From assembly GCA_041288095.1 (NCBI GenBank), contig JBGGMJ010000082.1, positions 24,873 to 88,872 on the forward strand: a stretch of 64,000 nt of DNA. The letters run 5' to 3'. Positions 46,875-58,112 of this stretch are shown one piece after another; within the stretch, counting starts at the first letter, position 1; the number at the start of each line of letters is the position of its first letter. Position numbers and translations under genes: made by a program. Source of the stretch: Myxococcota bacterium (GTDB lineage Bacteria > Myxococcota > XYA12-FULL-58-9 > JALHOP01). The notes under the pieces were generated by a model, which had not been told where the DNA came from, did not search any database, and was given only the letters and a program-made list of their open reading frames with translations.

Positions 46875-48146
46875 ATGCGCGCCGTGAAGCACTGTGCGTT
46901 GCCGCTCGCGTCCGTCGCGGCGTTGATCACCGCTTGTTCCGGTAGCGGCGCCGGCCCAGCCGCGGCACCGGCCCCGCCGGACACCCTGGCGAAGCTGCGC
47001 GGCCAGCTCTCGGCGGCGGTCATCGCGAGCGAGGCATCGTGCTCGGCCGGCTGGCTGTCATCGCGGACAGAGCCGCCGTGCGCGGCCGAGCCCAGGCGCG
47101 CTCTCGTCGACCCACAGCACGCCTGGATGTTGGAGAATCAGGTCGTCGCTTCGGTAGCCGCGGCCGCGGCGCGCGACGCCAGCGTCAACGGCTTGCGCAG
47201 CCGTCTCACGCGCGAGCGCCTGTTGCGCGACGCCACCGATGCGAAGGGCGTCTCGGCTGTCGCCAAGGCCCTGGGCTATCCCGACGCTCCCGCGCTGCTC
47301 TCGGCCATCCACGGCTTCGACATACGCAGCACCGTCGCGAGCGCGCAGGAGCTGTTGAACGCCTCCGAGGGCTTGTACTTGGTCGCGCGCAATGACGTCG
47401 GCGCGAGCACCAGCGAAGCAGAGGGCGTCACCAAGCGAGCCCTCCCGTCCGCTAAAACGTCCGATGTCGCGCGCGCGTTGGTCGACGCCGTGCTCCCGCC
47501 GCCGAGCCCTGCCCTCTCGGTCATCATCGACGCACCGGGCAGCAGCGCTGGCGTGTTCTTCGTCGCTCCGTCGGAGCAGCGGGTGGTCGCGGCGCTCGCG
47601 GGAGGCGCGCTCGACGTCGAGCTCACCGGCAAGGCGCTCGCCGCGGGTCGCGTGCGGCAACTCTTGGGCGACGCCGACGCCAGCATTCCGCCGATGCTCG
47701 GCTTCGTGGCGACCAGCCCCATCCAGACACCCGAGTGGATGGCGGCGACGCTGTCGCTGCCGGAGCCGGCGCTCACGCAGGTGGTCCGCGCCCGCGCTTT
47801 CCTCGCGCTCGAGGCAGCTCGCGCCGAGGCCGCCCGCAGCCTCGACACCCTGGCCCTCTACGATGGCTCCGGCACCGATCTCGGCGCCGCCGACCCGTGG
47901 ATGACGGCTATTGTCCGCTTCCGCGGACGATTGCTCGCGGCGAACGTGGTTTCCGCCTTGGCGCAGAAGCTCGGCCCCACCTGGTGGCTGCGGCCCGAGA
48001 CGCCCACCGTGCTCACCGAGCTGCTCGGCGCCGGCGGCAGTGACGCCGTGCTGGCCAAGCTCAAGGTAGGCCTCTCGCCGGAGACGTTGCTGGTCGAATC
48101 GGCTCGCACACTCGCCCGCAGCGACGCCCTCGTGACCAGACGATGA
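46875..48146 (+). CDS. Lipoprotein resembling a degenerate M3-like peptidase
   Basis: Lipobox ITAC and segments ALGY, LLNASEGLY and KLGPTWW. No HEXXH is present. Confidence 0.5.
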   Translation: MRAVKHCALPLASVAALITACSGSGAGPAAAPAPPDTLAKLRGQLSAAVIASEASCSAGWLSSRTEPPCAAEPRRALVDPQHAWMLENQVVASVAAAAARDASVNGLRSRLTRERLLRDATDAKGVSAVAKALGYPDAPALLSAIHGFDIRSTVASAQELLNASEGLYLVARNDVGASTSEAEGVTKRALPSAKTSDVARALVDAVLPPPSPALSVIIDAPGSSAGVFFVAPSEQRVVAALAGGALDVELTGKALAAGRVRQLLGDADASIPPMLGFVATSPIQTPEWMAATLSLPEPALTQVVRARAFLALEAARAEAARSLDTLALYDGSGTDLGAADPWMTAIVRFRGRLLAANVVSALAQKLGPTWWLRPETPTVLTELLGAGGSDAVLAKLKVGLSPETLLVESARTLARSDALVTRR

Positions 48147-50875
48147 AGTATGGCGCGGCGATCCTCGCCGTATCGTTGTGGTGCACGTCGGCAGGCGCGC
48201 AGGTCGAGGAGCAAAACATCCCACGCGCGCCGAAGCCGGCGGCGCCGCGGAAGCAACCGCAGCTCACCAAGCCCCCTGAGCTCGTCGACTACGTGAGCCC
48301 CGAGTATCCGCCCGAGCTCTTCGCCGAGGGCATCGCCGGGGAGGCCGTGCTGCTCATCGACGTTGGTGCCGACGGCAAGGTGGCCAACGCGACGGTCAGC
48401 CGCGTCTCGCATCCAGCCTTCGCCGAGCCGGCGCTCGTGGCCGGCCGCAAGCTCACGTTCACGCCGGCCGAGATCGACGGTACGCCCGCTCCCATCCGCA
48501 TCGAGTATCGCTTCGTGTTCGAGCCCGTGGTGATCGAGCCCGACGCCATCGTCGGCGCGCCGTCGGAGATCCGCGCCGACCAGTCACCCGTCAACTATCG
48601 CGGACTGGTACGCCAGGCGGTCGCGCGCAAGCCCATCGAGGGCGCCACCGTGATGATCGGCGGCCGACCGGTCGCCGTCACCAACGATCAAGGCGTGTTC
48701 GAGGTGCGCGGCGCGCCCACGGGCAAGTTCGAGGTCCGCATCTCGGCGCAGAACTACAAAGTCTACTGGGTCGACGAAGAGCGCGCCGACAACGAGCTCA
48801 TCGAGGGCAAGTATTACCTGCTGCCGCTCGAGAACAATCCGTATGAGACCGTGGTGACCACGCGAGCGCCGAAGCGCGAGGTGTCGAAGGTCGAGCTCAA
48901 GCGCGGCGAGGTCGAAAAGAGTCCCGGCACCTTCGGAGATCCGCTGCGCGTCATCGAGAACCTGCCGGGCATGGGCCGCGCATTCGGCGGCTTCGGCGGG
49001 CAGCTCATCGTGCGTGGCGCGAACCCCGAAGACACCCGCGTCTACGTCGACGGCATCGAGGTGCCCTTCCTCTACCACTTCGGGGGCCTCACCTCGATCA
49101 TCCAAGCGCAGTTCCTCGACCACATCGATTTCTACCCGGGCGGCTTCGGCGCCAAGTACGGTCGCTCGACCGCCGGCATCGTCGACGTCGGCACCCGATT
49201 GCTCGACTGCGATGGCTTCCACGGCCGTGGCAAGGTCGACCTCATCGATTCGGCCTACTATTCGTGTCACCCGCTGGGCGGCGGCTGGACCTTGGGTGTC
49301 GCGGCGCGGCGTTCCTACATCGACCTCTTCATCCCGCTCATCCAGGACGCATTCACCGATAGCGCCGACGAAGGCAGCGCCACCATCTCGCCGCGCTACC
49401 TCGATTATCAGCTCAAGGCTTCGAAGGTGCTCGGACGCAACACCTTCGAGATCTTCATGTTCGGCTCGGCGGACGACCTGTCGTTCTCGCAGAGCGGCTC
49501 GCTCGAGGACGTGAACTTCTCGTTCGGCCTCGACCAGTACTTCAACCGCACGATGTTCCGACATCGCTACAAGCTCGGCGAGACCGCGAGCCTCACGTCG
49601 CAAGTGACCGGTGGCTTCACGCGCCTCCAGTTCAGCGGCGAGTCCGAAGAGCTCGACCTCGAGAATCGGCTGAAGGTCGACTATCCGACGTTCGAGTGGC
49701 GTGAGCAGCTCGACGTGAAGCTCTCGGAACAAGTGTCCTTGAGCGCCGGGCTCGACCACTTGTTCGGCTCGGCCAAGGTCTTCCTGAACGCCCCGCTCGA
49801 CAACCGCATCCGCACCTACCCATCGCCCGTCTTCGACTTCGCGGACACGTCACGCTTGGAGACACGGCTCGGCAACTACAGCCAAGGCTACTGGGCCGAG
49901 GCCCAGATCACGCCGGGGGCCGGGCTCAAGATCATCCCGGGCTTCCGCTTCGAGCGCATCGATTTCTATCGCTCGCAGGGCTACGAATACATGCCGCGGC
50001 TCAACGTGCGTTGGCAGGCGCTCGAGGGCACGTCGTTCAAGGCCGCCTTCGGCCTCTACGCCAAGCTCCCCGAGCCACGCTACTTCACGCAGACCATCGG
50101 CAATCCGTTTTTGAAGACGGAGCGCTCGACACAATACGTCGCCGGCGTCGAGCAGAAGATCACCGAGCTCATCAACGTCGACGTCCAGGGGTTCTACACC
50201 TTGCGCTCGCGCTTGCGACAAGACGCGAGCGGCCTCGTCGAAACCGAAGAAGGCGTGCAGTCGCTCATCTTCGACAACGGCGGACGCGGGCACACCATCG
50301 GCCTCCAGCTGTTGCTGCGCCACGAGCTCGAACCAGGCGGCCGTTTCTTCGGCTGGGTCTCCTATACGCTATCGCGGTCGGTGGTCACGGACAGCAGCAT
50401 CGACTTTTTCGAGGACAACGACACCGCCACCGACGACGGCTTGCTGCGCGAGCGCCGTGACACGTTCACGTACCTCTCGGACTTCGACCAGACGCACATC
50501 CTGACCGTGGTCGGCCAATGGGTGCTCGGAAAAGGCTGGGAGGTCGGCTTCCGCTTCCGGCTCACCTCCGGCAACCCCTACACACCGCTCAACCGCGGGC
50601 GCGTCGGCTTCGACGCGGACCGCGACGTCTACTACGTGAACATCGACGGGGTGGGCCGCAACTCCGGACGCCTGCCGATCTTTCATCAGCTCGATGTGCG
50701 CGTCGACCGCACCTGGACCTATTCGCTGGTCAAGATCGGCCTCTACCTGGACATCCTCAATGTCTACAATCACCGCAACACCGAGCAATACAGCTATGAC
50801 TACCGCTATCGCGGAGTCGCCCCGCTGCGCACCATCCCCTTCTTCCCGAACCTCGGCGTGCAGGTGAACTGGTGA
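48143..50875 (+). CDS. TonB-dependent receptor with N-terminal TonB C-terminal-like and carboxypeptidase-regulatory-like domains
   Basis: PEYP...GIAG and FTPAEIDG; plug PGTFGDPLRVIENLPG, VRGANP and YPGGFGAKYGRSTAG; barrel end HQLDVRVD. Confidence 0.92.
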   Translation: MKYGAAILAVSLWCTSAGAQVEEQNIPRAPKPAAPRKQPQLTKPPELVDYVSPEYPPELFAEGIAGEAVLLIDVGADGKVANATVSRVSHPAFAEPALVAGRKLTFTPAEIDGTPAPIRIEYRFVFEPVVIEPDAIVGAPSEIRADQSPVNYRGLVRQAVARKPIEGATVMIGGRPVAVTNDQGVFEVRGAPTGKFEVRISAQNYKVYWVDEERADNELIEGKYYLLPLENNPYETVVTTRAPKREVSKVELKRGEVEKSPGTFGDPLRVIENLPGMGRAFGGFGGQLIVRGANPEDTRVYVDGIEVPFLYHFGGLTSIIQAQFLDHIDFYPGGFGAKYGRSTAGIVDVGTRLLDCDGFHGRGKVDLIDSAYYSCHPLGGGWTLGVAARRSYIDLFIPLIQDAFTDSADEGSATISPRYLDYQLKASKVLGRNTFEIFMFGSADDLSFSQSGSLEDVNFSFGLDQYFNRTMFRHRYKLGETASLTSQVTGGFTRLQFSGESEELDLENRLKVDYPTFEWREQLDVKLSEQVSLSAGLDHLFGSAKVFLNAPLDNRIRTYPSPVFDFADTSRLETRLGNYSQGYWAEAQITPGAGLKIIPGFRFERIDFYRSQGYEYMPRLNVRWQALEGTSFKAAFGLYAKLPEPRYFTQTIGNPFLKTERSTQYVAGVEQKITELINVDVQGFYTLRSRLRQDASGLVETEEGVQSLIFDNGGRGHTIGLQLLLRHELEPGGRFFGWVSYTLSRSVVTDSSIDFFEDNDTATDDGLLRERRDTFTYLSDFDQTHILTVVGQWVLGKGWEVGFRFRLTSGNPYTPLNRGRVGFDADRDVYYVNIDGVGRNSGRLPIFHQLDVRVDRTWTYSLVKIGLYLDILNVYNHRNTEQYSYDYRYRGVAPLRTIPFFPNLGVQVNW

Positions 50876-51987
50876 TGCGACGCTACACGCTCATGGCTTT
50901 GCTCGCGGCTGCCGCCTGCAGCGACGGGCTCGACGAGGTGGAAGACGTGCGCGACCTGCGCGTCCTGGCGCTACGCGCTGACCCGCCGGAGGTCTTCGTC
51001 GACCAAGACCCGCAAGCGATCGTGACCTTCTCGGCTCTGGTCGTCGACCCTCGTCAAGCGCCGTTGGCCACAACGCCGATCGACTATGCGTTCCAATTTT
51101 GCCCCGTCGAGAGCAACGAAGGCTGCCTCGACTACGACAAGCGGCGCGCCGAAGCCTCGGAGGAATCGCGGCCCTTGCTCGACGGTCTGCGCGGACTCGC
51201 CGAGGACGGCATCGCCAACAGTGAAGCGGAAGCCCGGAGCTTGACGCCGGCGGAAGCGAGCGAGCGCGGCGCCTGGCCGTATGCGATCTTACCCTTCACG
51301 CTGGCGCTCACACCGACCGAAACGCAGAACCTCGCCATCTACTTCTTCGAGACCAACCGCATCGGGCTCGGCATGGGCTCGCTGCCGTCGGTCAGCCTCG
51401 CGGTCTCCGGCGCGGATGATGCTTTCACCGCGGAGAAGCGTTTCGTGTTCAACGTCGCCAATCCGGGCGCCGCCGCCGCGCAGCTCGGCGTCGACTTCGG
51501 TTACCCCGTCTGCGAAAGCGGCGAAGACGAGAGCGCCGGCTGCGTCGCCCTACGTCCGCGTGTCCGCAATAGCAATCCATCGTTCGACCGCATCCAGGTA
51601 TCCCTGGGCGCCCTCGCCAACGGAGAGTTCGCGGACGTCCAAAGCACCGGATTCACCATGCGCGGCTCTTCGGTGATCCGCATCCTGCCAGTGATGACCG
51701 GTGACTCCTACGAGCCGTTCCAGGAGCTCGTGACGAACCCATCGACCGGCCGGATTTCGGCGCGTGACCTCACCGAAGTCATCTCGGTGTCGTGGTTCGC
51801 GACCGCCGGCGACCTGCAGGACCCGCTGACCACGCCTCTCTACACGAAGTCCCTCGACACCGAGTACCGCTCGCCGCCGATCGACGCTGTGCCGCCCGAA
51901 GGCATGATGGTCTCCGTATTCATGGTGGCGCGAGACCAGCGCGGCGGCGTTGCGTGGCAGAACCTCGAGATCTTCGTTACGAAGTGA
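50872..51987 (+). CDS. Lipoprotein partner of the TonB-dependent receptor
   Basis: Lipobox AAAC and motifs [20 protein letters not shown] and VARDQRGG. It overlaps the receptor stop. Confidence 0.8.
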   Translation: MMRRYTLMALLAAAACSDGLDEVEDVRDLRVLALRADPPEVFVDQDPQAIVTFSALVVDPRQAPLATTPIDYAFQFCPVESNEGCLDYDKRRAEASEESRPLLDGLRGLAEDGIANSEAEARSLTPAEASERGAWPYAILPFTLALTPTETQNLAIYFFETNRIGLGMGSLPSVSLAVSGADDAFTAEKRFVFNVANPGAAAAQLGVDFGYPVCESGEDESAGCVALRPRVRNSNPSFDRIQVSLGALANGEFADVQSTGFTMRGSSVIRILPVMTGDSYEPFQELVTNPSTGRISARDLTEVISVSWFATAGDLQDPLTTPLYTKSLDTEYRSPPIDAVPPEGMMVSVFMVARDQRGGVAWQNLEIFVTK

Positions 51988-53146
51988 TGCTGTCGACGAA
52001 GAGAGCATGCAGGACACGCACGGCGTCCTGCGATGTCCCTGCCGGCAGCACGAAGCTCACCGCGAGATCGGTCGCCGCGGTCGCGAGCGGCGTGAGCCCC
52101 GCCCCACCGAGAGCCACCATGGCTCGAGGCATGGTATCGCGGGCCAAGAGCGCATTACCGACCAGCGTGACCATGCTGCTGTCCGCCAAGTCGTAGCCCG
52201 CGAGGGTCTTCTCGAGGGTCGCGTGCGAGGCCCCGGCGATTCCGGTGCGGTCGATGATCGCGCTCACCTTGCCGTCGACCTGCATGGCGACGATGCGCCC
52301 CCCGCAATGACGGACGAGAGGCACCAGCTCGGCGGCGCGCGCGGCGTCGCAGCGCGCCAAGCTCACCGCTTGGGCCCCCACCACGGCGACCACACCCGAC
52401 GGTTCTTGGGCGCGCTCGGTGATACGCGTCTCGCGGCCGCTCGGGTCGCTGGTCTTGCGTGCGTGGATGACGATGCCCGCCTTGCGCGCGAACTCGACGG
52501 CATCGGCGTTCAGCACCTTGGCGCCGGCGCCCGCCATTGCTTGCATGGTCACGTAGCCGAGCTCGGCGAGGAGCTTTGCTTGCGGCGCGACGTTGGGATC
52601 GGCGGTGTAGACGCCATCGACGTCCGAGTAGATCTCGCAGGCTTCCGCCCCGAGCGCCGCCGCCAAGGCGACTGCGGTGGTGTCGCTGCCCCCGCGGCCG
52701 AGCGTCGTGATCTCGCGTGAGCGGCTCACGCCTTGAAAGCCGGCAACGATGACGATGCGCCCTCTGTCGAGCTCCTCGACCAAACGGTGCGGCTTGACCT
52801 CGAGCACGCGCGCGTTCTGGTGGCTGTCGTCGGTGATGATGCCGGACTGGCTTCCGGTGAACGAGATGGCGGTGAGCCCGAGCTCGTGGATCGCCATCGA
52901 CAGGAGCGCCATGCTGATGCGCTCACCCGCGGTGACCAGCATGTCGAGCTCGCGGCGCGGCGGCTGCGGAGCGACCTCGCGGGCCTGGGCGATGAGCGCG
53001 TCGGTGGTCTTCCCCATCGCGCTCACCACGACGACGACGCGATTGCCGGCGCGATGCCGCTCGGCGACCAAGCGCGCGACCTCGCGCAAGCGTTCGACCG
53101 TCGCTACCGAGCTGCCACCGTATTTCTGCACGATGATAGGCGTCAC
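51977..53146 (-). CDS. lysC: Aspartate kinase
   Basis: Motifs [42 protein letters not shown] and [13 protein letters not shown] start at 53146. Confidence 0.92.
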   Translation of the reverse strand: MTPIIVQKYGGSSVATVERLREVARLVAERHRAGNRVVVVVSAMGKTTDALIAQAREVAPQPPRRELDMLVTAGERISMALLSMAIHELGLTAISFTGSQSGIITDDSHQNARVLEVKPHRLVEELDRGRIVIVAGFQGVSRSREITTLGRGGSDTTAVALAAALGAEACEIYSDVDGVYTADPNVAPQAKLLAELGYVTMQAMAGAGAKVLNADAVEFARKAGIVIHARKTSDPSGRETRITERAQEPSGVVAVVGAQAVSLARCDAARAAELVPLVRHCGGRIVAMQVDGKVSAIIDRTGIAGASHATLEKTLAGYDLADSSMVTLVGNALLARDTMPRAMVALGGAGLTPLATAATDLAVSFVLPAGTSQDAVRVLHALFVDSITS

Positions 53147-53156
53147 GGGTCCATGC

Positions 53157-53957
53157 CTATGGCGCGCCGGCCGAGCCAGCGCAAGAAAGCGTCGGGTTCG
53201 CCTCGAGTGTACGGCGCGCGAGCCCCCGCACCTCTGGATAACCCGGCCGCAGGCGCAAAGCTTCCGCGAGCTGGACGAGACCCGCGCAAAGATCACCCGT
53301 ATCGATGAGCAGGTGTCCCAGCTGATAGCGGTAGACCGGCGCTCGCGGCGCCTTGCCCACCGCGCGCCGCGCATACTTCTCCGCGACCTCGAGCTTGCCG
53401 GCACGGGCCATGAGCACCGCGAAGTTGTTGTCGGCCTGCGGGACGGACGCCTGGTCGACGACCGCACCCAGCTCGTCGAGCGCCGTCCGCGTATCGCCGC
53501 GCAGCATCGCCGCCACGGCGCGGTGGTTCACGTGGTGAGCGACGAGCTCGGCATCGGACAGGGGGCGAACCTCGCTGCCCTTCCCGAAATTGTGGTTCTG
53601 CAAGTCGACCTGCACGCTTTCGCCGTTGCCGAAGTCGACCTGTGCGAGCACGTGGCCGATGGCGCCGGTATCCGTGGTCGCGAGCGGCTCGACGCCTCGC
53701 GCCGAGAGGCCCAGCGAGCGAGCCATGCCGAGGTAGAGAACGGTCAGCTCGTAGCACCCCGCCGCCGGCGAGTCGCCGCGCTCGACCCGCGCCCACAGCT
53801 CGGTCGCGGTCAGAGGCTCGCGCGCCTTCGGTGTGTTGTCGCGGTCGGGCGCGAGGCGACCGTCGCGCATGATACCAATGAGCTCATCGTAGAGCGCGCG
53901 CGCCTTCGCCTCCGCGGATTCACGGCCGGCGACTGCTTGCCGCGCGAATGCCGCCAT
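53157..53957 (-). CDS. Transglutaminase-like (Cys-His-Asp) domain plus TPR protein
   Basis: [25 protein letters not shown] and VDL, followed by TPR-like helices. The true start may be upstream. Confidence 0.65.
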   Translation of the reverse strand: MAAFARQAVAGRESAEAKARALYDELIGIMRDGRLAPDRDNTPKAREPLTATELWARVERGDSPAAGCYELTVLYLGMARSLGLSARGVEPLATTDTGAIGHVLAQVDFGNGESVQVDLQNHNFGKGSEVRPLSDAELVAHHVNHRAVAAMLRGDTRTALDELGAVVDQASVPQADNNFAVLMARAGKLEVAEKYARRAVGKAPRAPVYRYQLGHLLIDTGDLCAGLVQLAEALRLRPGYPEVRGLARRTLEANPTLSCAGSAGAP

Positions 53958-54013
53958 CTCCCGGCTGGCTTCGAACGGCGTCGCGGTGCTGACCGCGATG
54001 GCGAACGCTATGA

Positions 54014-54553
54014 TCAGCGACGTTGAGCGCGCAGCTGATGATCGCGCCAGGCCTTGCGGCCGTCGTTGAAGCTGCTCGTCAGCTCCTTGGCGTCGTCGTT
54101 GCTGTCGGGCAGGTCGGGATCGATCTTGCGCACCAAGTTGAGCAAGGCCTCGACGACGCGGATGCTCTCGGTGGCGAACTGATCGAGGCGGACGGTGGTC
54201 GGCTCGAGAACGTAGTCCTCGACCTCCATCTCGGCGCCGACGTAGATGCTGAACTCGACGCCCTCACCCGCCGGCACGAACGCGAAACAGTGCTCGCTAT
54301 TGCGGTACTGCACGGTCTCGGTGTCGCCACCGATGATCCATGGCAGCTTGCGAATCCACTGATCGGCGAGCCGCAAGACCGGATCGAAGAGGTCGTTGCA
54401 GTACTCGACGCCATCGAGGGTACAAACCAACGCGCCTTCCCAGGCACTAGGATCGCCAAGGTCATCGCGAAACCGATCGATGTCCGCAACGAGATCAGCA
54501 ACGGCCTTCAAGTCGTCGCCGACTCGAATCCGATGTTGTAGCGAAAATTTCAT
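54014..54553 (-). CDS. Hypothetical acidic protein (179 aa)
   Basis: Clean ORF with host codon bias, divergent from 54681. Confidence 0.75.
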   Translation of the reverse strand: MKFSLQHRIRVGDDLKAVADLVADIDRFRDDLGDPSAWEGALVCTLDGVEYCNDLFDPVLRLADQWIRKLPWIIGGDTETVQYRNSEHCFAFVPAGEGVEFSIYVGAEMEVEDYVLEPTTVRLDQFATESIRVVEALLNLVRKIDPDLPDSNDDAKELTSSFNDGRKAWRDHQLRAQRR

Positions 54554-54680
54554 GGAGTGAGAGAGAGTGAATTTTGGGGGTACCGGTTTGCGTCCCCACG
54601 TAACATAAAGTGTATTTTAAACGGTAAAGGCCCGTCAAGCGCGCTTTTGGCGCCCGAGCCCCCCATCAATGGACTAGCTC

Positions 54681-55217
54681 ATGGAATTACGCCAGCTGCT
54701 CGCTGCACTTTTCGTCAGTGTTTTGTCACCGGCGACCGCATTAGCCTTTGGTGGCGCCGCCGCCGAGTTCGGCCACGAGGGCCAGTGGGTGCCGAACGGC
54801 AAGGTGAACTTCACCTTCGAGTCGCAAAACGACGCCGACACCACGAGCTTCCTCTTGGCGCCGACCTTGCTCTACTTCATCACTGATCACTGGGCGGTAG
54901 GCGGCGGTTTCACTCTCGGAATCGTCAGCGGCGATGGCGGCGACATCACCGAAATCGGCCTACAGCCGACGGTCGCCTACAACCTACCGATCAGCGACAA
55001 CTGGAGTTTCCTACCGCAGGGCTCGTTCTATTTCGTCGCCCTGGGCGGCGATGCCGACGGCCAGACGCTCGGCTTGGAGTTCTACGCGCCCTTCCTGTTC
55101 CACGCGGCCTCGCACTTCTTCCTGGGTGTTGGCCCGGTGCTACGCGCCGACGTCAGCAGCGATGCCGGCGAGGTTTTCCGCTTCGGCGCCACCTCGATCG
55201 TGGGCGGGTACTTCTAG
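54681..55217 (+). CDS. Small outer-membrane beta-barrel protein
   Basis: Signal peptide (ALA-F), amphipathic strands and a C-terminal GGYF. Confidence 0.8.
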   Translation: MELRQLLAALFVSVLSPATALAFGGAAAEFGHEGQWVPNGKVNFTFESQNDADTTSFLLAPTLLYFITDHWAVGGGFTLGIVSGDGGDITEIGLQPTVAYNLPISDNWSFLPQGSFYFVALGGDADGQTLGLEFYAPFLFHAASHFFLGVGPVLRADVSSDAGEVFRFGATSIVGGYF

Positions 55218-56275
55218 AGCGCGGGCTCGTCGACGACGATCGCGCGGAGACGGGCGAGAGCCGCCTCGCTCTTCTCCACCCACGGCATCGCGCTTTCGGC
55301 GCGTTTGCCGACGAGCGCGGTGCGTTCGTAAACACGAATGGCCTTCTCGACCAGCACCCGCAGGCGCCGTTTGACCTCGTCGCGATAGGCCGCGCGCTGC
55401 TCGGCGTCGAAATCGACCGGCACCTCGAGGCCCATGATGTCGTCGTAGAGGCGCTCGTACATGCCGCCAATACGGTTGCCGGCCGCCGCGACCGTGTGGG
55501 CGTCACCGAAGTGCATCGCCCGCAGATAACGGCGCTGCGCGGTGAGCAAGCGCGCGCACTTCTCGTCGAGACGCCGGGCGAGCATGTCGCTCGGAAACGC
55601 GAGCATCACGCCTTCGAAGCGCCCGAGCTCGATGTCGGCCCAGTGAAACGCCGCCTCCGCGACGAAGGGTGAGAGTCCTTGTGCGCTATCGCGGTCGAAG
55701 TCGCGAGCCAGGTGCAAGACCTGGCTGAAGGCGATCTCCGCCGCGGCGGCCTCGCCCCGCTCCTTGTCGGCGATGCCGCGACCAACCAGCGCCTCGATGC
55801 GGTCGACCACGGAGAGCCCGGGCACGTCGAGCACCACATCGAAGAGCCGGCTCACCTCTTGCCAGCCGCCACCCTTCGACAGACACGCGGCGCGCCGGAA
55901 GTGCGCGTCGAGCCAGGTTCGCCGGGCGTCCTCGTCGCTCGGCATCGGCTTGACGATGATTGGCTCGTAGACCGCCGCGGCGCTTGCGTAGTCGCCGCCA
56001 TGCTCGAAGACGAGCCCGAGGTTGAAGCGCGCGGCGTCGGCGAGGCCACTCGAGGGTCGCTCGCGCAACAGCTCTTCGTAGTAACCCCTGGCCGCCGCGG
56101 CATCGCCGACGCGCTCGGCCTCGCTCGCGGCGTGAAAGAGCCAGGCATCGTCGCGCTCAGTGGGCGGGCCGGGCTTTTCGGCCCTCGGAGTCACCGGCAA
56201 GGCGCGCGGCCGTACCCGCACGGGCTCGGCGCACGCCGCGGCCACCAACAGCACCATGAGCGCGCGCGTGGCCAC
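55214..56275 (-). CDS. TPR lipoprotein
   Basis: Lipobox AAAC and TPR-like helices (ARFNLG, AHFRRAACL, AGNRIGGMYE). Confidence 0.8.
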   Translation of the reverse strand: MATRALMVLLVAAACAEPVRVRPRALPVTPRAEKPGPPTERDDAWLFHAASEAERVGDAAAARGYYEELLRERPSSGLADAARFNLGLVFEHGGDYASAAAVYEPIIVKPMPSDEDARRTWLDAHFRRAACLSKGGGWQEVSRLFDVVLDVPGLSVVDRIEALVGRGIADKERGEAAAAEIAFSQVLHLARDFDRDSAQGLSPFVAEAAFHWADIELGRFEGVMLAFPSDMLARRLDEKCARLLTAQRRYLRAMHFGDAHTVAAAGNRIGGMYERLYDDIMGLEVPVDFDAEQRAAYRDEVKRRLRVLVEKAIRVYERTALVGKRAESAMPWVEKSEAALARLRAIVVDEPAL

Positions 56276-57375
56276 TACTTGCTGTTGCGCTCGCGGCGGA
56301 TGCGCTCGAGGTTGTAGTGCATCTCGAGGCCCTTCTTGGCCTGCTCGTTGTCCGGCTCGAGCAGCATGACGCGGCGGAAGTACGGCACCGCCGACTCGAG
56401 ATCCTGCTGCAAGAAGTAGCGGTTCGCGGTCTCGAGGTATTGTTGCACGAGCTCCTGGCGTTTGGGCTCGAGCTGGGCGAGCGCGGCTCGGGCCGTCTCG
56501 TTGCCACGGTCGAGCTCGCGCGCCCGCGAGAAGTCGACGATGGCGTTGAAGTACGCTTTGTTCTCGAGGAACGTTTGCGCTTCCTCGAGCAAGTCGCGGA
56601 GCCGATTGCCTTCGCTCGCCCCTTCGCTCTCTGGTTCGTCGGCGGCCGCGGCCGTGCCGGCGCTCGCGACCGGGGGGCTCACCGCGGCGGGCTCCTTCTC
56701 CCCGCGGCGGCGCTTGCGTCCACGCTTTTCGCTAACCGGCGGGCTCGGCGTCTCTACCGCTTTAGCGGTCACGGCAACACGTTGTTCCAGCGCCGCGATG
56801 ATGCGCTCGCGGTCGAGCAAGGTGTCCGGCGCGATGTCCCGGGCGAGTCCCATGGCCCGCCGCAGGGTCTTGAGAGCGCCGGCGTGGTCCCCGGAGGCAA
56901 TCAAGGGCGCCGCCTGTTTGTCGAGCTCCTCGAGGTTGGCGCGCGCACCCGCGACGCCCTGGTCGGCGACGACCAGCCGCTGCTCGACGGCCTGGCGCGT
57001 CGCTTCGTCGAGGTTGAAGTTGTTGAAGAGGTATTCGAGGCGCTTGCAGGCGGCCTGGAAACGCTCCTGTTTGATGTTGCGATCCACGTGCCGCAGCCAC
57101 GTCTGCGCGATCGCCGTCACGTCGGGCTGCACGCCCTCGAGCGCCTTTTGCGCCGCCGCGTGGTCGCCGTCACTCTCGGGGATCGCCGCGAAGATGCGCG
57201 ACGCGGCGACCAGGTCACCCCGCGTCTGCGCGGCGTTGCCCTTCGCGAGCGTCGCGTTCTTCGGGGGTGGCGGCAGCGGCCGGGGGTGATTTTCGGCGGG
57301 CTTCGCCGGTGGCGGCGTATTGCGCACGCAGCCGGCAGCCAAGCAGAGGACGACGACGAGGCGTCCTGCGCTCAT
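56275..57375 (-). CDS. TPR lipoprotein
   Basis: Lipobox AAGC and a C-terminal TPR ending [12 protein letters not shown]. Confidence 0.78.
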   Translation of the reverse strand: MSAGRLVVVLCLAAGCVRNTPPPAKPAENHPRPLPPPPKNATLAKGNAAQTRGDLVAASRIFAAIPESDGDHAAAQKALEGVQPDVTAIAQTWLRHVDRNIKQERFQAACKRLEYLFNNFNLDEATRQAVEQRLVVADQGVAGARANLEELDKQAAPLIASGDHAGALKTLRRAMGLARDIAPDTLLDRERIIAALEQRVAVTAKAVETPSPPVSEKRGRKRRRGEKEPAAVSPPVASAGTAAAADEPESEGASEGNRLRDLLEEAQTFLENKAYFNAIVDFSRARELDRGNETARAALAQLEPKRQELVQQYLETANRYFLQQDLESAVPYFRRVMLLEPDNEQAKKGLEMHYNLERIRRERNSK

Positions 57376-58109
57376 GAGCCCTGCGGTTTATTGCTTCCCA
57401 AGCGCGCCATGACGTTCTGCAAATCTTGCCACACGGGTCGCTTCTCGGCGGGATTTCGTAACAGATAGGCGGGGTGGTAGGTCGGCATCAGCGGCGTGCC
57501 TTCATACTCGCGCCATTTGCCGCGTTGTCGCGACACTGGTGTGCTATCGCGGAGAAGCGTCTGCACCGCGTAACGTCCCAGGCCAACGATGATCTCGGGC
57601 TTCACGGCCTTGATCTGCGCCTTCAAGAACGGCTCGCAGGCCGCGACCTCATCGGGCTCGGGATCGCGATTGTCCGGCGGGCGGCATTTGACGACGTTGG
57701 CGATGTAAACGTCCTCGCGCGCAAGGCCCATCGCTTCGATCATGCGGTTCAAGAGCTGCCCCGCGGCGCCGACGAACGGCTCGCCCCGCAGGTCCTCGTC
57801 CCGGCCGGGGCCCTCACCGACGAACATCAGGCGGGCCTTGGGATTGCCGACGCCGAAGACGATGTTCTTGCGTCCCTTGCAGAGCTTGCAGCGCCGGCAG
57901 TCGCCGAGCTCGGCGCGAATGCCCTCGAGCGAGTCCGCCCCAGCGGACATCGGCTTTAGGTCTTCGGTGATCGGCAATCGGCGTTCGGCAGTCGGCGTTC
58001 GGCCCTCGGCTATCGGCAATCGGTTCTCCGCCCTCGGCACTCCGCGGAGCTTCAGCTCCCCTTGGAACACCAAAAACTCTCGAACCTGCTCCAGCAAATC
58101 GCCGCTCAC
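57372..58109 (-). CDS. Uracil-DNA glycosylase family 4
   Basis: Motifs [34 protein letters not shown] and TYHPAYLLR. Confidence 0.93.
   Translation of the reverse strand: MSGDLLEQVREFLVFQGELKLRGVPRAENRLPIAEGRTPTAERRLPITEDLKPMSAGADSLEGIRAELGDCRRCKLCKGRKNIVFGVGNPKARLMFVGEGPGRDEDLRGEPFVGAAGQLLNRMIEAMGLAREDVYIANVVKCRPPDNRDPEPDEVAACEPFLKAQIKAVKPEIIVGLGRYAVQTLLRDSTPVSRQRGKWREYEGTPLMPTYHPAYLLRNPAEKRPVWQDLQNVMARLGSNKPQGS
57950..58047. repeat. Heptamer tandem repeat (TCGGNNN) inside the UDG gene
   Basis: Nine contiguous TCGGnnn units at 57964-58026, with degenerate in-phase flanking units. Confidence 0.85.
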
Positions 58110-58112
58110 CCC

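Noticed and set aside
4710..58109. xth, deoxynucleoside kinase, dcd and UDG as a nucleotide-depletion defence system
   Set aside because: They are dispersed, canonical housekeeping forms. The dcd gene is the trimeric dUTPase-fold type, not the kinase-fused defence deaminase.
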